Below are positions 26,401 to 41,338 of a stretch of DNA of 64,000 bases, piece by piece. Numbering within the stretch: position 1 is the first letter of the stretch; each line of letters begins with the position of its first letter. The notes beneath the pieces are model-generated. The model made no database searches. It worked only from the letters and a program-made list of their open reading frames with translations, and was not told where the DNA came from. The DNA is from Auanema rhodensis (Eukaryota; Animalia; Nematoda), in assembly GCA_964057225.1 (NCBI GenBank), contig OZ059900.1, forward strand, positions 26,102,001-26,166,000. The letters are read 5' to 3'. Made by a program: the position numbers and the translations under genes.

Positions 26401-27665
26401 AACAAAAATCGATTTTATCAATATTAGCCATAAGGGGCGTGCCCTCAGAATTTGCTAATTTCCTTAATTTTCTAACCCCTGTTTTTTTGTCGTGAAAGTG
26501 GAACTAGACGTTGTACGAACAATTTTGAGCTAGGTTTCATTGACATTGCATGAGTTTGAACACATGAAATCGTAAGTCAAAACCTTGTTTACAGCGAAAT
26601 TTCCAAAAACTGGTTTTCCAGCATAATAAAACATTTCTCATGGGAAATACTGTGTTTTTGTATTTTTCTAGTGTTCAGCATGTAAAATGCTTCATTTTAG
26701 TATGTAACACGCTGAAATTTGTTGCATTTGACGACTCATATGAACAAAAATCGATTTAATCAATATTAGCCATAAGGGGCGTGCCCTCAGAATATGCTAA
26801 TTTCCTTAATTTTCTAACCCCTGTTTTTTTGTCGTGAAAGTGGAACTAGACGTTGTACGAACAATTTTGAGCTAGGTTTTATTGACATTGCATGAGTTTG
26901 AACACATGAAATCGTAAGTCAAAACCTTGTTTACAGCGAAATTTCCAAAAACTGGTTTTCCAGCATAATACAATATTTCTCATGGGAAATACTGTGTTTT
27001 TGTATTTTTCTAGTGTTCAGAATGTAGAATGCTTCATTTTAGTATGTAACACGCTGAAATTCGTTGCATTTGACGACTCATATGAACAAAAATCGATTTA
27101 ATCAATATTAGCCATAAGGGGCGTGCCCTCAGAATATGCTAATTTCCTTAATTTTCTAACCCCTGTTTTTTTGTCGTGAAAGTGGAACTAGACGTTGTAC
27201 GAACAATTTTGAGCTAGGTTTCATTGACATTGCATGAGTTTGAACACATGAAATCGTAAGTCAAAACCTTGTTTACAGCAAAATTTCCAAAAACTGGTTT
27301 TCCAGCATAATAAAATATTTCTCATGGGAAATACAGTGTTTTTGTATTTTTTTAGTGTTCAGCATGTAAAATGCGTCATTTTAGTATGTGAAACGCTGAA
27401 ATTCGTTGCATTTGACGACTCATATGAACAAAAATCGATTTTATCAATATTAGCCATAAGGGGCGTGCCCTCAGAATATGCTAATTTCCTTAATTTTCTA
27501 ACCCCTGTTTTTTTGTCGTGAAAGTGGAACTAGACGTTGTACGAACAATTTTGAGCTAGGTTTCATTGACATTGCATGAGTTTGAACACATGAAATCGTA
27601 AGTCAAAACCTTGTTTACAGCGAAATTTCCAAAAACTGGTTTTCCAGCATAATAAAATATTTCTC
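20484..27665. repeat. Variant domain 1b: dominated by GCGTCA/TAAAAC monomers plus CAAGGG-type monomers
   Basis: Alleles AATATAAT, GGTTTTATT and TATGTGAAAC are seen only here. ACAGCAAAA (about 17700-27280) and AATACAGTG are concentrated here. Six consecutive GCGTCA-type monomers run from 22536 to 24587. Confidence 0.8.
24588..27665. repeat. 5-monomer-offset duplication (1710 bp), second copy four monomers long
   Basis: ORFs 24600 and 26310 are identical. AAAACATTTC and AGAATGTAGAAT recur at +1710. Confidence 0.82.
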
Positions 27666-29717
27666 ATGGGAAATACTGTGTTTTTGTATTTTTCTAGTGT
27701 TCAGCATGTAAAATGCTTCATTTTAGTATGTAACACGCTGAAATTCGTTGCATTTGACGACTCATATGAACAAAAATCGATTTAATCAATATTAGCCATA
27801 AGGGGCGTGCCCTCAGAATATGCTAATTTCCTTAATTTTCTAACCCCTGTTTTTTTGTCGTGAAAGTGGAACTAGACGTTGTACGAACAATTTTGAGCTA
27901 GGTTTCATTGACATTGCATGAGTTTGAACACATGAAATCGTAAGTCAAAACCTTGTTTACAGCGAAATTTCCAAAAACTGGTTTTCCAGCATAATAAAAT
28001 ATTTCTCATGGGAAAAACTGTGTTTTTGTATTTTTCTAGTGTTCAGCATGTAAAATGCTTCATTTTAGTATGTAACACACTGAAATTTGTTGCATTTGAC
28101 GACTCATATGAACAAAAATCGATTTAATCAATATTAGCCATAAGGGGCGTGCCCTCAGAATATGCTAATTTCCTTAATTTTCTAACCCCTGTTTTTTTGT
28201 CGTGAAAGTGGAACTAGACGTTGTACGAACAATTTTGAGCTAGGTTTCATTGACATTGCATGAGTTTGAACACATGAAATCGTAAGTCAAAACCTTGTTT
28301 ACAGCGAAATTTCCAAAAACTGGTTTTCCAGCATAATAAAATATTTCTCATGGGAAATACTGTGTTTTTGTATTTTTCTAGTGTTCAGCATGTAAAATGC
28401 TTCATTTTAGTATGTAACACGCTGAAATTCGTTGCATTTGACGACTCATATGAACAAAAATTGATTTAATCAATATTAGCCATAAGGGGCGTGCCCTCAG
28501 AATATGCTAATTTCCTTAATTTTCTAACCCCTTTTTTTTTGTCGTGAAAGTGGAACTAGACGATGTACGAACAATTTTGAGCTAGGTTTCATTGACATTG
28601 CATGAGTTTGAACACATGAAATCGTAAGTCAAAACCTTGTTTACAGCGAAATTTCCAAAAACTGGTTTTCCAGCATAATAAAATATTTCTCATGGGAAAT
28701 ACTGTGTTTTTGTTTTTTTCTAGTGTTCAGCATGTAAAATGCTTCATTTTAGTATGTAACACACTGAAATTTGTTGCATTTGACGACTCATATGAACAAA
28801 AATTGATTTAATCAATATTAGTCATAAGGGGCGTGCCCTCAGAATATGCTAATTTCCTTAATTTTCTAACCCATGTTTTTTTGTCGTGAAAGTGGAACTA
28901 GACGATGTACGAACAATTTTGAGCTAGGTTTCATTGACATTGCATGAGTTTGAACACATGAAATCGTAAGTCAAAACCTTGTTTACAGCGAAATTTCCAA
29001 AAACTGGTTTTCCAGCATAATAAAATATTTCTCATGGGAAATACTGTGTTTTTGTATTTTTCTAGTGTTCAGCATGTAAAATGCTTCATTTTAGTATGTA
29101 ACACGCTGAAATTCGTTGCATTTAACGACTCATATGAACAAAAATCGATTTAATCAATATTAGCCATAAGGGGCGTGCCCTCAGAATATGCTAATTTCCT
29201 TAATTTTCTAACCCCTGTTTTTTTGTCGTGAAAGTGGAACTAGACGTTCTACGAACAATTTTGAGCTAGGTTTCATTGACATTGCATGAGTTTGAACACA
29301 TGAAATCGTAAGTCAAAACCTTGTATACAGCGAAATTTCCAAAAACTGGTTTTCCAGCATAAAAAAATATTTCTCATGGGAAATACTGTGTTTTTGTATT
29401 TTTCTAGTGTTCAGCATGTAAAATGCTTCATTTTAGTATGTAACACTCTGAAATTCGTTGCATTTGACGACTCATATGAACAAAAATCGATTTAATCAAT
29501 ATTAGCCATAAGGGGCGTGCCCTCAGAATATGCTAATTTCCTTAATTTTCTAACCCCTGTTTTTTTGTTGTGAAAGTGGAACTAGACGTTGTACGAACAA
29601 TTTTGAGCTAGGTTTCATTGACATTGCATGAGTTTGAACACATGAAATCGTAAGTCAAAACCTTGTTTACAGCGAAATTTCCAAAAACTGGTTTTCCAGC
29701 ATAATAAAATATTTCTC

Positions 29718-31765
29718 ATGGGAAATACTGTGTTTTTGTATTTTTCTAGTGTTCAGCATGTAAAATGCTTCATTTTAGTATGTAACACGCTGAAATTCGT
29801 TGCATTTGACGACTCATATGAACAAAAATTGATTTAATCAATATTAGCCATAAGGGGCGTGCCCTCAGAATATGCTAATTTCCTTAATTTTCTAACCCCT
29901 TTTTTTTGTCGTGAAAGTGGAACTAGACGATGTACGAACAATTTTGAGCTAGGTTTCATTGACATTGCATGAGTTTGAACACATGAAATCGTAAGTCAAA
30001 ACCTTGTTTACAGCGAAATTTCCAAAAACTGGTTTTCCAGCATAATAAAATATTTCTCATGGGAAATACTGTGTTTTTGTATTTTTCTAGTGTTCAGCAT
30101 GTAAAATGCTTCATTTTAGTATGTAACACGCTGAAATTCGTTGCATTTGACGACTCATATGAACAAAAATCGATTTAATCAATATTAGCCATAAGGGGCG
30201 TGCCCTCAGAATATGCTAATTTCCTAAATTTTCTAACCCCTGTTTTTTTGTCGTGAAAGTGGAACTAGACGTTGTACGAACAATTTTGAGCTAGGTTTCA
30301 TTGACATTGCATGATTTGAACACATGAAATCGTAAGTCAAAACCTTGTTTACAGCGAAATTTCCAAAAACTGGTTTTCCAGCATAATAAAATATTTCTCA
30401 TGGGAAATACTGTGTTTTTGTATTTTTCTAGTGTTCAGCATGTAAAATGCTTCATTTTAGTATGTAACACGCTGAAATTCGTTGCATTTGACGACTCATA
30501 TGAACAAAAATTGATTTAATCAATATTAGCCATAAGGGGCGTGCCCTCAGAATATGCTAATTTCCTTAATTTTCTAACCCCTTTTTTTTTGTCGTGAAAG
30601 TGGAACTAGACGATGTACGAACAATTTTGAGCTAGGTTTCATTGACATTGCATGAGTTTGAACACATGAAATCGTAAGTCAAAACCTTGTTTACAGCGAA
30701 ATTTCCAAAAACTGGTTTTCCAGCATAATAAAATATTTCTCATGGGAAATACTGTGTTTTTGTATTTTTCTAGTGTTCAGCATGTAAAATGCTTCATTTT
30801 AGTATGTAACACGCTGAAATTCGTTGCATTTGACGACTCATATGAACAAAAATCGATTTAATCAATATTAGCCATAAGGGGCGTGCCCTCAGAATATGCT
30901 AATTTCCTTAATTTTCTAACCCCTTTTTTTTGTCGTGAAAGTGGAACTAGACGATGTACGAACAATTTTGAGCTAGGTTTCATTGACATTGCATGAGTTT
31001 GAACACATGAAATCGTAAGTCAAAACCTTGTTTACAGCGAAATTTCCAAAAACTGGTTTTCCAGCATAATAAAATATTTCTCATGGGAAATACTGTGTTT
31101 TTGTATTTTTCTAGTGTTCAGCATGTAAAATGCTTCATTTTAGTATGTAACACGCTGAAATTCGTTGCATTTGACGACTCATATGAACAAAAATCGATTT
31201 AATCAATATTAGCCATAAGGGGCGTGCCCTCAGAATATGCTAATTTCCTAAATTTTCTAACCCCTGTTTTTTTGTCGTGAAAGTGGAACTAGACGTTGTA
31301 CGAACAATTTTGAGCTAGGTTTCATTGACATTGCATGATTTGAACACATGAAATCGTAAGTCAAAACCTTGTTTACAGCGAAATTTCCAAAAACTGGTTT
31401 TCCAGCATAATAAAATATTTCTCATGGGAAATACTGTGTTTTTGTATTTTTCTAGTGTTCAGCATGTAAAATGCTTCATTTTAGTATGTAACACGCTGAA
31501 ATTCGTTGCATTTGACGACTCATATGAACAAAAATTGATTTAATCAATATTAGCCATAAGGGGCGTGCCCTCAGAATATGCTAATTTCCTTAATTTTCTA
31601 ACCCCTTTTTTTTTGTCGTGAAAGTGGAACTAGACGATGTACGAACAATTTTGAGCTAGGTTTCATTGACATTGCATGAGTTTGAACACATGAAATCGTA
31701 AGTCAAAACCTTGTTTACAGCGAAATTTCCAAAAACTGGTTTTCCAGCATAATAAAATATTTCTC
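29718..31765. repeat. 3-monomer duplication (1024 bp)
   Basis: Two 1-bp deletions (T-run and CATGATTTG) plus CCTAAAT and CCCCTTTT recur at +1024 (3x342-2). Confidence 0.78.
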
Positions 31766-34700
31766 ATGGGAAATACTGTGTTTTTGTATTTTTCTAGTGT
31801 TCAGCATGTAAAATGCTTCATTTTAGTATGTAACACGCTGAAATTCGTTGCATTTGACGACTCATATGAACAAAAATCGATTTAATCAATATTAGCCATA
31901 AGGGGCGTGCCCTCAGAATATGCTAATTTCCTTAATTTTCTAACCCCTGTTTTTTTGTCGCGAAAGTGGAACTAGACGTTGTACGAACAATTTTGAGCTA
32001 GGTTTCATTGACATTGCATGAGTTTGAACACATGAAATCGTAAGTCAAAACCTTGTTTACAGCGAAATTTCCAAAAACTGGTTTTCCAGCATAATAAAAT
32101 ATTTCTCATGGGAAATACTGTGTTTTTGTATTTTTCTAGTGTTCAGCATGTAAGATGCTTTATTTTAGTATGTAACACGCTGAAATTCGTTGCATTTCAC
32201 GACTCATATGAACAAAAATCGATTTAATCAATATTAGCCATAAGGGGCGTGCCCTCAGAATATGCTAATTTCCTTAATTTTCTAACCCCTGTTTTTTTGT
32301 CGTGAAAGTGGAACTAGACGTTGTACGAACAATTTTGAGCTAGGTTTCATTGACATTGCATCAGTTTGAACACATGAAATCGTAAGTCAAAACCTTGTTT
32401 ACAGCGAAATTTCCAAAAACTGGTTTTCCAGCATAATAAAATATTTCTCATGGGAAATACTGTGTTTTTGTATTTTTCTAGTGTTCAGCATGTAAAATGC
32501 TTCATTTTAGTATGTAACACGCTGAAATTCGTTGCATTTGACGACTCATATGAAGAAAAATCGATTTAATCAATATTAGCCATAAGGGGCGTGCCCTCAG
32601 AATATGCTAATTTCCTTAATTTTCTAACCCCTGTTTTTTTGTCGTGAAAGTGGAACTAGACGTTCTACGAACAATTTTGAGCTAGGTTTCATTGACATTG
32701 CATGAGTTTGAACACATGAAATCGTAAGTCAAAACCTTGTTTACAGCGAAATTTCCAAAAACTGGTTTTCCAGCATAATAAAATATTTCTCATGGGAAAA
32801 ACTGTGTTTTTGTATTTTTCTAGTGTTCAGCATGTAAAATGCTTCATTTTAGTATGTAACACACTGAAATTTGTTGCATTTGACGACTCATATGAACAAA
32901 AATCGATTTAATCAATATTAGCCATAAGGGGCGTGCCCTCAGAATATGCTAATTTCCTTAATTTTCTAACCCCTGTTTTTTTGTCGTGAAAGTGGAACTA
33001 GACGTTGTACGAACAATTTTGAGCTAGGTTTCATTGACATTGCATCAGTTTGAACACATGAAATCGTAAGTCAAAACCTTGTTTACAGCGAAATTTCCAA
33101 AAACTGGTTTTCCAGCATAATAAAATATTTCTCATGGGAAATACTGTGTTTTTATATTTTTCTAGTGTTCAGCATGTGAAATGCTTAATTTTAGTATGTA
33201 ACACGCTGAAATTCGTTGCATTTGACGACTCATATGAACAAAAATCGATTTAATCAATATTAGCCATAAGGGGCGTGCCCTCAGAATATGCTAATTTCCT
33301 TAATTTTCTAACCCCTGTTTTTTTGTCGTGAAAGTGGAACTAGACGTTGTACGAACAATTTTGAGCTAGGTTTCATTGACATTGCATGAGTTTGAACACA
33401 TGAAATCGTAAGTCAAAACCTTGTTTACAGCGAAATTTCCAAAAACTGGTTTTCCAGCATAATAAAATATTTCTCATGGGAAATACTGTGTTTTTGTGTT
33501 TTTCTAGTGTTCAGCATGTAAAATGCTTCATTTTAGTATGTAACACGCTGAAATTCGTTGCATTTGACGACTCATATGAACAAAAATCGATTTAATCAAT
33601 ATTAGCCATAAGGGGCGTGCCCTCAGAATATGCTAATTTCCTTAATTTTCTAACCCCTGTTTTTTTGTCGTGAAAGTGGAACTAGACGTTCTACGAACAA
33701 TTTTGAGCTAGGTTTCATTGACATTGCATGAGTTTGAACACATGAAATCGTAAGTCAAAACCTTGTTTACAGCGAAATTTCCAAAAACTGGTTTTCCAGC
33801 ATAATAAAATATTTCTCATGGGAAAAACTGTGTTTTTGTATTTTTCTAGTGTTCAGCATGTGAAATGCTTCATTTTAGTATGTAACACACTGAAATTTGT
33901 TGCATTTAACGACTCATATGAACAAAAATCGATTTAATCAATATTAGCCATAAGGGGCGTGCCCTCAGAATATGCTAATTTCCTTAATTTTCTAACCCCT
34001 GTTTTTTTGTCGTGAAAGTGGAACTAGACGTTGTACGAACAATTTTGAGCTAGGTTTCATTGACATTGCATGAGTTTGAACACATGAAATCGTAAGTCAA
34101 AACCTTGTTTACAGCGAAATTTCCAAAAACTGGTTTTCCAGCATAATAAAATATTTCTCATGGGAAATACTGTGTTTTTGTATTTTTCTAGTGTTCAGCA
34201 TGTAAAATGCTTCATTTTAGTATGTAACACGCTGAAATTCGTTGCATTTAACGACTCATATGAACAAAAATCGATTTAATCAATATTAGCCATAAGGGGC
34301 GTGCCCTCAGAATATGCTAATTTCCTTAATTTTCTAACCCCTGTTTTTTTGTCGTGAAAGTGGAACTAGACGATGTACGAACAATTTTGAGCTAGGTTTC
34401 ATTGACATTGCATGAGTTTGAACACATGAAATCGTAAGTCAAAACCTTGTTTACAGCGAAATTTCCAAAAACTGGTTTTCCAGCATAATAAAATATTTCT
34501 CATGGGAAATACTGTGTTTTTGTATTTTTCTAGTGTTCAGCATGTAAAATGCTTCATTTTAGTATGTAACACGCTGAAATTCGTTGCATTGAACGACTCA
34601 TATGAACAAAAATCGATTTAATCAATATTAGCCATAAGGGGCGTGCCCTCAGAATATGCTAATTTCCTTAATTTTCTAACCCCTGTTTTTTTGTCGTGAA

Positions 34701-35185
34701 AGTGGAACTAGACGATGTACGAACAATTTTGAGCTAGGTTTCATTGACATTGCATGAGTTTGAACACATGAAATCGTAAGTCAAAACCTTGTTTACAGCG
34801 AAATTTCCAAAAACTGGTTTTCCAGCATAATAAAATATTTCTCATGGGAAATACTGTGTTTTTGTATTTTTCTAGTGTTCAGCATGTAAAATGCTTCATT
34901 TTAGTATGTAACACGCTGAAATTCGTTGCATTTGACGACTCATATGAACAAAAATTGATTTAATCAATATTAGCCATAAGGGGCGTGCCCTCAGAATATG
35001 CTAATTTCCTTAATTTTCTAACCCCTTTTTTTTTGTCGTGAAAGTGGAACTAGACGATGTACGAACAATTTTGAGCTAGGTTTCATTGACATTGCATGAG
35101 TTTGAACACATGAAATCGTAAGTCAAAACCTTGTTTACAGCGAAATTTCCAAAAACTGGTTTTCCAGCATAATAAAATATTTCTC

Positions 35186-38100
35186 ATGGGAAATACTGTG
35201 TTTTTGTATTTTTCTAGTGTTCAGCATGTAAAATGCTTCATTTTAGTATGTAACACGCTGAAATTCGTTGCATTTGACGACTCATATGAACAAAAATCGA
35301 TTTAATCAATATTAGCCATAAGGGGCGTGCCCTCAGAATATGCTAATTTCCTTAATTTTTTAACCCCTGTTTTTTTGTCGTGAAAGTGGAACTAGACGTT
35401 GTACGAACAATTTTGAGCTAGGTTTCATTGACATTGCATGAGTTTGAACACATGAAATCGTAAGTCAAAACCTTGTTTACAGCGAAATTTCCAAAAACTG
35501 GTTTTCCAGCATAATAAAATATTTCTCATGGGAAATACTGTGTTTTTGTATTTTTCTAGTGTTCAGCATGTAAAATGCTTCATTTTAGTATGTAACACGC
35601 TGAAATTCGTTGCATTTGACGACTCATATGAATAAAAATCGATTTAATCAATATTAGCCATAAGGGGCGTGCCCTCAGAATATGCTAATTTCCTAAATTT
35701 TCTAACCCCTGTTTTTTTGTCGTGAAAGTGGAACTAGACGTTGTACGAACAATTTTGAGCTAGGTTTCATTGACATTGCATGATTTGAACACATGAAATC
35801 GTAAGTCAAAACCTTGTTTACAGCGAAATTTCCAAAAACTGGTTTTCCAGCATAATAAAATATTTCTCATGGGAAATACTGTGTTTTTGTATTTTTCTAG
35901 TGTTCAGAATGTAGAATGCTTCATTTTAGTATGTAACACGCTGAAATTCGTTGCATTTGACGACTCATATGAACAAAAATCGATTTAATCAATATTAGCC
36001 ATAAGGGGCGTGCCCTCAGAATATGCTAATTTCCTTAATTTTCTAACCCCTGTTTTTTTGTCGTGAAAGTGGAACTAGACGTTGTACGAACAATTTTGAG
36101 CTAGGTTTCATTGACATTGCATGAGTTTGAACACATGAAATCGTAAGTCAAAACCTTGTTTACAGCGAAATTATCAAAAACTGGTTTTCCAGCATAATAA
36201 AATATTTCTCATGGGAAATACTGTGTTTTTGTATTTTTCTAGTGTTCAGCATGTAAAATGCTTCATTTTAGTATGTAACACGCTGAAATTCGTTGCATTT
36301 AACGACTCATATGAACAAAAATCGATTTAATCAATATTAGCCATAAGGGGCGTGCCCTCAGAATATGCTAATTTCCTTAATTTCCTAACCCCTGTTTTTT
36401 TGTCGTGAAAGTGGAACTAGACGATGTACGAACAATTTTGAGCTAGGTTTCATTGACATTGCATGAGTTTGAACACATGAAATCGTAAGTCAAAACCTTG
36501 TTTACAGCGAAATTTCCAAAAACTGGTTTTCCAGCATAATAAAATATTTCTCATGGGAAATACTGTGTTTTTATATTTTTCTAGTGTTCAGCATGTGAAA
36601 TGCTTAATTTTAGTATGTAACACGCTGAAATTCGTTGCATTTGACGACTCATATGAACAAAAATCGATTTAATCAATATTAGCCATAAGGGGCGTGCCCT
36701 CAGAATATGCTAATTTCCTTAATTTTCTAACCCCTGTTTTTTTGTCGTGAAAGTGGAACTAGACGATGTACGAACAATTTTGAGCTAGGTTTCATTGACA
36801 TTGCATGAGTTTGAACACATGAAATCGTAAGTCAAAACCTTGTTTACAGCGAAATTTCCAAAAACTGGTTTTCCAGCATAATAAAATATTTCTCATGGGA
36901 AATACTGTGTTTTTGTATTTTTCTAGTGTTCAGCATGTAAAATGCTTCATTTTAGTATGTAACACGCTGAAATTCGTTGCATTGAACGACTCATATGAAC
37001 AAAAATCGATTTAATCAATATTAGCCATAAGGGGCGTGCCCTCAGAATATGCTAATTTCCTTAATTTTCTAACCCCTGTTTTTTTGTCGTGAAAGTGGAA
37101 CTAGACGATGTACGAACAATTTTGAGCTAGGTTTCATTGACATTGCATGAGTTTGAACACATGAAATCGTAAGTCAAAACCTTGTTTACAGCGAAATTTC
37201 CAAAAACTGGTTTTCCAGCATAATAAAATATTTCTCATGGGAAATACTGTGTTTTTGTATTTTTCTAGTGTTCAGCATGTAAAATGCTTCATTTTAGTAT
37301 GTAACACGCTGAAATTCGTTGCATTTGACGACTCATATGAACAAAAATCGATTTAATCAATATTAGCCATAAGGGGCGTGCCCTCAGAATATGCTAATTT
37401 CCTTAATTTTTTAACCCCTGTTTTTTTGTCGTGAAAGTGGAACTAGACGTTGTACGAACAATTTTGAGCTAGGTTTCATTGACATTGCATGAGTTTGAAC
37501 ACATGAAATCGTAAGTCAAAACCTTGTTTACAGCGAAATTTCCAAAAACTGGTTTTCCAGCATAATAAAATATTTCTCATGGGAAATACTGTGTTTTTGT
37601 ATTTTTCTAGTGTTCAGCATGTAAAATGCTTCATTTTAGTATGTAACACGCTGAAATTCGTTGCATTTGACGACTCATATGAATAAAAATCGATTTAATC
37701 AATATTAGCCATAAGGGGCGTGCCCTCAGAATATGCTAATTTCCTAAATTTTCTAACCCCTGTTTTTTTGTCGTGAAAGTGGAACTAGACGTTGTACGAA
37801 CAATTTTGAGCTAGGTTTCATTGACATTGCATGATTTGAACACATGAAATCGTAAGTCAAAACCTTGTTTACAGCGAAATTTCCAAAAACTGGTTTTCCA
37901 GCATAATAAAATATTTCTCATGGGAAATACTGTGTTTTTGTATTTTTCTAGTGTTCAGAATGTAGAATGCTTCATTTTAGTATGTAACACGCTGAAATTC
38001 GTTGCATTTGACGACTCATATGAACAAAAATCGATTTAATCAATATTAGCCATAAGGGGCGTGCCCTCAGAATATGCTAATTTCCTTAATTTTCTAACCC

Positions 38101-41100
38101 CTGTTTTTTTGTCGTGAAAGTGGAACTAGACGTTGTACGAACAATTTTGAGCTAGGTTTCATTGACATTGCATGAGTTTGAACACATGAAATCGTAAGTC
38201 AAAACCTTGTTTACAGCGAAATTATCAAAAACTGGTTTTCCAGCATAATAAAATATTTCTCATGGGAAATACTGTGTTTTTGTATTTTTCTAGTGTTCAG
38301 CATGTAAAATGCTTCATTTTAGTATGTAACACGCTGAAATTCGTTGCATTTAACGACTCATATGAACAAAAATCGATTTAATCAATATTAGCCATAAGGG
38401 GCGTGCCCTCAGAATATGCTAATTTCCTTAATTTCCTAACCCCTGTTTTTTTGTCGTGAAAGTGGAACTAGACGATGTACGAACAATTTTGAGCTAGGTT
38501 TCATTGACATTGCATGAGTTTGAACACATGAAATCGTAAGTCAAAACCTTGTTTACAGCGAAATTTCCAAAAACTGGTTTTCCAGCATAATAAAATATTT
38601 CTCATGGGAAATACTGTGTTTTTATATTTTTCTAGTGTTCAGCATGTGAAATGCTTAATTTTAGTATGTAACACGCTGAAATTCGTTGCATTTGACGACT
38701 CATATGAACAAAAATCGATTTAATCAATATTAGCCATAAGGGGCGTGCCCTCAGAATATGCTAATTTCCTTAATTTTCTAACCCCTGTTTTTTTGTCGTG
38801 AAAGTGGAACTAGACGTTGTACGAACAATTTTGAGCTAGGTTTCATTGACATTGCATGAGTTTGAACACATGAAATCGTAAGTCAAAACCTTGTTTACAG
38901 CGAAATTTCCAAAAACTGGTTTTCCAGCATAATAAAATATTTCTCATGGGAAAAACTGTGTTTTTGTATTTTTCTAGTGTTCAGCATGTAAAATGCTTCA
39001 TTTTAGTATGTAACACACTGAAATTTGTTGCATTTAACGACTCATATGAACAAAAATCGATTTAATCAATATTAGCCATAAGGGGCGTGCCCTCAGAATA
39101 TGCTAATTTCCTTAATTTTCTAACCCCTGTTTTTTTGTCGTGAAAGTGGAACTAGACGTTGTACGAACAATTTTGAGCTAGGTTTCATTGACATTGCATG
39201 AGTTTGAACACATGAAATCGTAAGTCAAAACCTTGTTTTCAGCGAAATTTCCAAAAACTGGTTTTCCAGCATAATAAAATATTTCTCATGGGAAATACTG
39301 TGTTTTTGTATTTTTCTAGTGTTCAGCATGTAAAATGCTTCATTTTAGTATGTAACACGCTGAAATTCGTTGCATTTGACGACTCATATGAACAAAAATC
39401 GATTTAATCAATATTAGCCATAAGGGGCGTGCCCTCAGAATATGCTAATTTCCTTAATTTTTTAACCCCTGTTTTTTTGTCGTGAAAGTGGAACTAGACG
39501 TTGTACGAACAATTTTGAGCTAGGTTTCATTGACATTGCATGAGTTTGAACACATGAAATCGTAAGTCAAAACCTTGTTTACAGCGAAATTTCCAAAAAC
39601 TGGTTTTCCAGCATAATAAAATATTTCTCATGGGAAATACTGTGTTTTTGTATTTTTCTAGTGTTCAGCATGTAAAATGCTTCATTTTAGTATGTAACAC
39701 GCTGAAATTCGTTGCATTTGACGACTCATATGAACAAAAATCGATTTAATCAATATTAGCCATAAGGGGCGTGCCCTCAGAATATGCTAATTTCCTAAAT
39801 TTTCTAACCCCTGTTTTTTTGTCGTGAAAGTGGAACTAGACGTTGTACGAACAATTTTGAGCTAGGTTTCATTGACATTGCATGATTTGAACACATGAAA
39901 TCGTAAGTCAAAACCTTGTTTACAGCGAAATTTCCAAAAACTGGTTTTCCAGCATAATAAAATATTTCTCATGGGAAATACTGTGTTTTTGTATTTTTCT
40001 AGTGTTCAGAATGTAGAATGCTTCATTTTAGTATGTAACACGCTGAAATTCGTTGCATTTGACGACTCATATGAACAAAAATCGATTTAATCAATATTAG
40101 CCATAAGGGGCGTGCCCTCAGAATATGCTAATTTCCTTAATTTTCTAACCCCTGTTTTTTTGTCGTGAAAGTGGAACTAGACGTTGTACGAACAATTTTG
40201 AGCTAGGTTTCATTGACATTGCATGAGTTTGAACACATGAAATCGTAAGTCAAAACCTTGTTTACAGCGAAATTATCAAAAACTGGTTTTCCAGCATAAT
40301 AAAATATTTCTCATGGGAAATACTGTGTTTTTGTATTTTTCTAGTGTTCAGCATGTAAAATGCTTCATTTTAGTATGTAACACGCTGAAATTCGTTGCAT
40401 TTAACGACTCATATGAACAAAAATCGATTTAATCAATATTAGCCATAAGGGGCGTGCCCTCAGAATATGCTAATTTCCTTAATTTTCTAACCCCTGTTTT
40501 TTTGTCGTGAAAGTGGAACTAGACGATGTACGAACAATTTTGAGCTAGGTTTCATTGACATTGCATGAGTTTGAACACATGAAATCGTAAGTCAAAACCT
40601 TGTTTACAGCGAAATTTCCAAAAACTGGTTTTCCAGCATAATAAAATATTTCTCATGGGAAATACTGTGTTTTTATATTTTTCTAGTGTTCAGCATGTGA
40701 AATGCTTAATTTTAGTATGTAACACGCTGAAATTCGTTGCATTTGACGACTCATATGAACAAAAATCGATTTAATCAATATTAGCCATAAGGGGCGTGCC
40801 CTCAGAATATGCTAATTTCCTTAATTTTCTAACCCCTGTTTTTTTGTCGTGAAAGTGGAACTAGACGTTGTACGAACAATTTTGAGCTAGGTTTCATTGA
40901 CATTGCATGAGTTTGAACACATGAAATCGTAAGTCAAAACCTTGTTTACAGCGAAATTTCCAAAAACTGGTTTTCCAGCATAATAAAATATTTCTCATGG
41001 GAAATACTGTGTTTTTGTATTTTTCTAGTGTTCAGCATGTAAAATGCTTCATTTTAGTATGTAACACGCTGAAATTCGTTGCATTTGACGACTCATATGA

Positions 41101-41338
41101 ACAAAAATCGATTTAATCAATATTAGCCATAAGGGGCGTGCCCTCAGAATATGCTAATTTCCTTAATTTTCTAACCCCTGTTTTTTTGTCGTGAAAGTGG
41201 AACTAGACGTTCTACGAACAATTTTGAGCTAGGTTTCATTGACATTGCATGAGTTTGAACACATGAAATCGTAAGTCAAAACCTTGTTTACAGCGAAATT
41301 TCCAAAAACTGGTTTTCCAGCATAATAAAATATTTCTC
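35186..41338. repeat. 6-monomer higher-order repeat (2051 bp), three copies
   Basis: TTATCAAAAA at 36171, 38222 and 40273 (spacing 2051). TTTTTTAACC, CCTAAAT plus the CATGATTTG deletion, AGAATGTAGAAT and GTGAAATGCTTAAT recur in the same order. The sixth monomer differs among copies. Confidence 0.88.
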
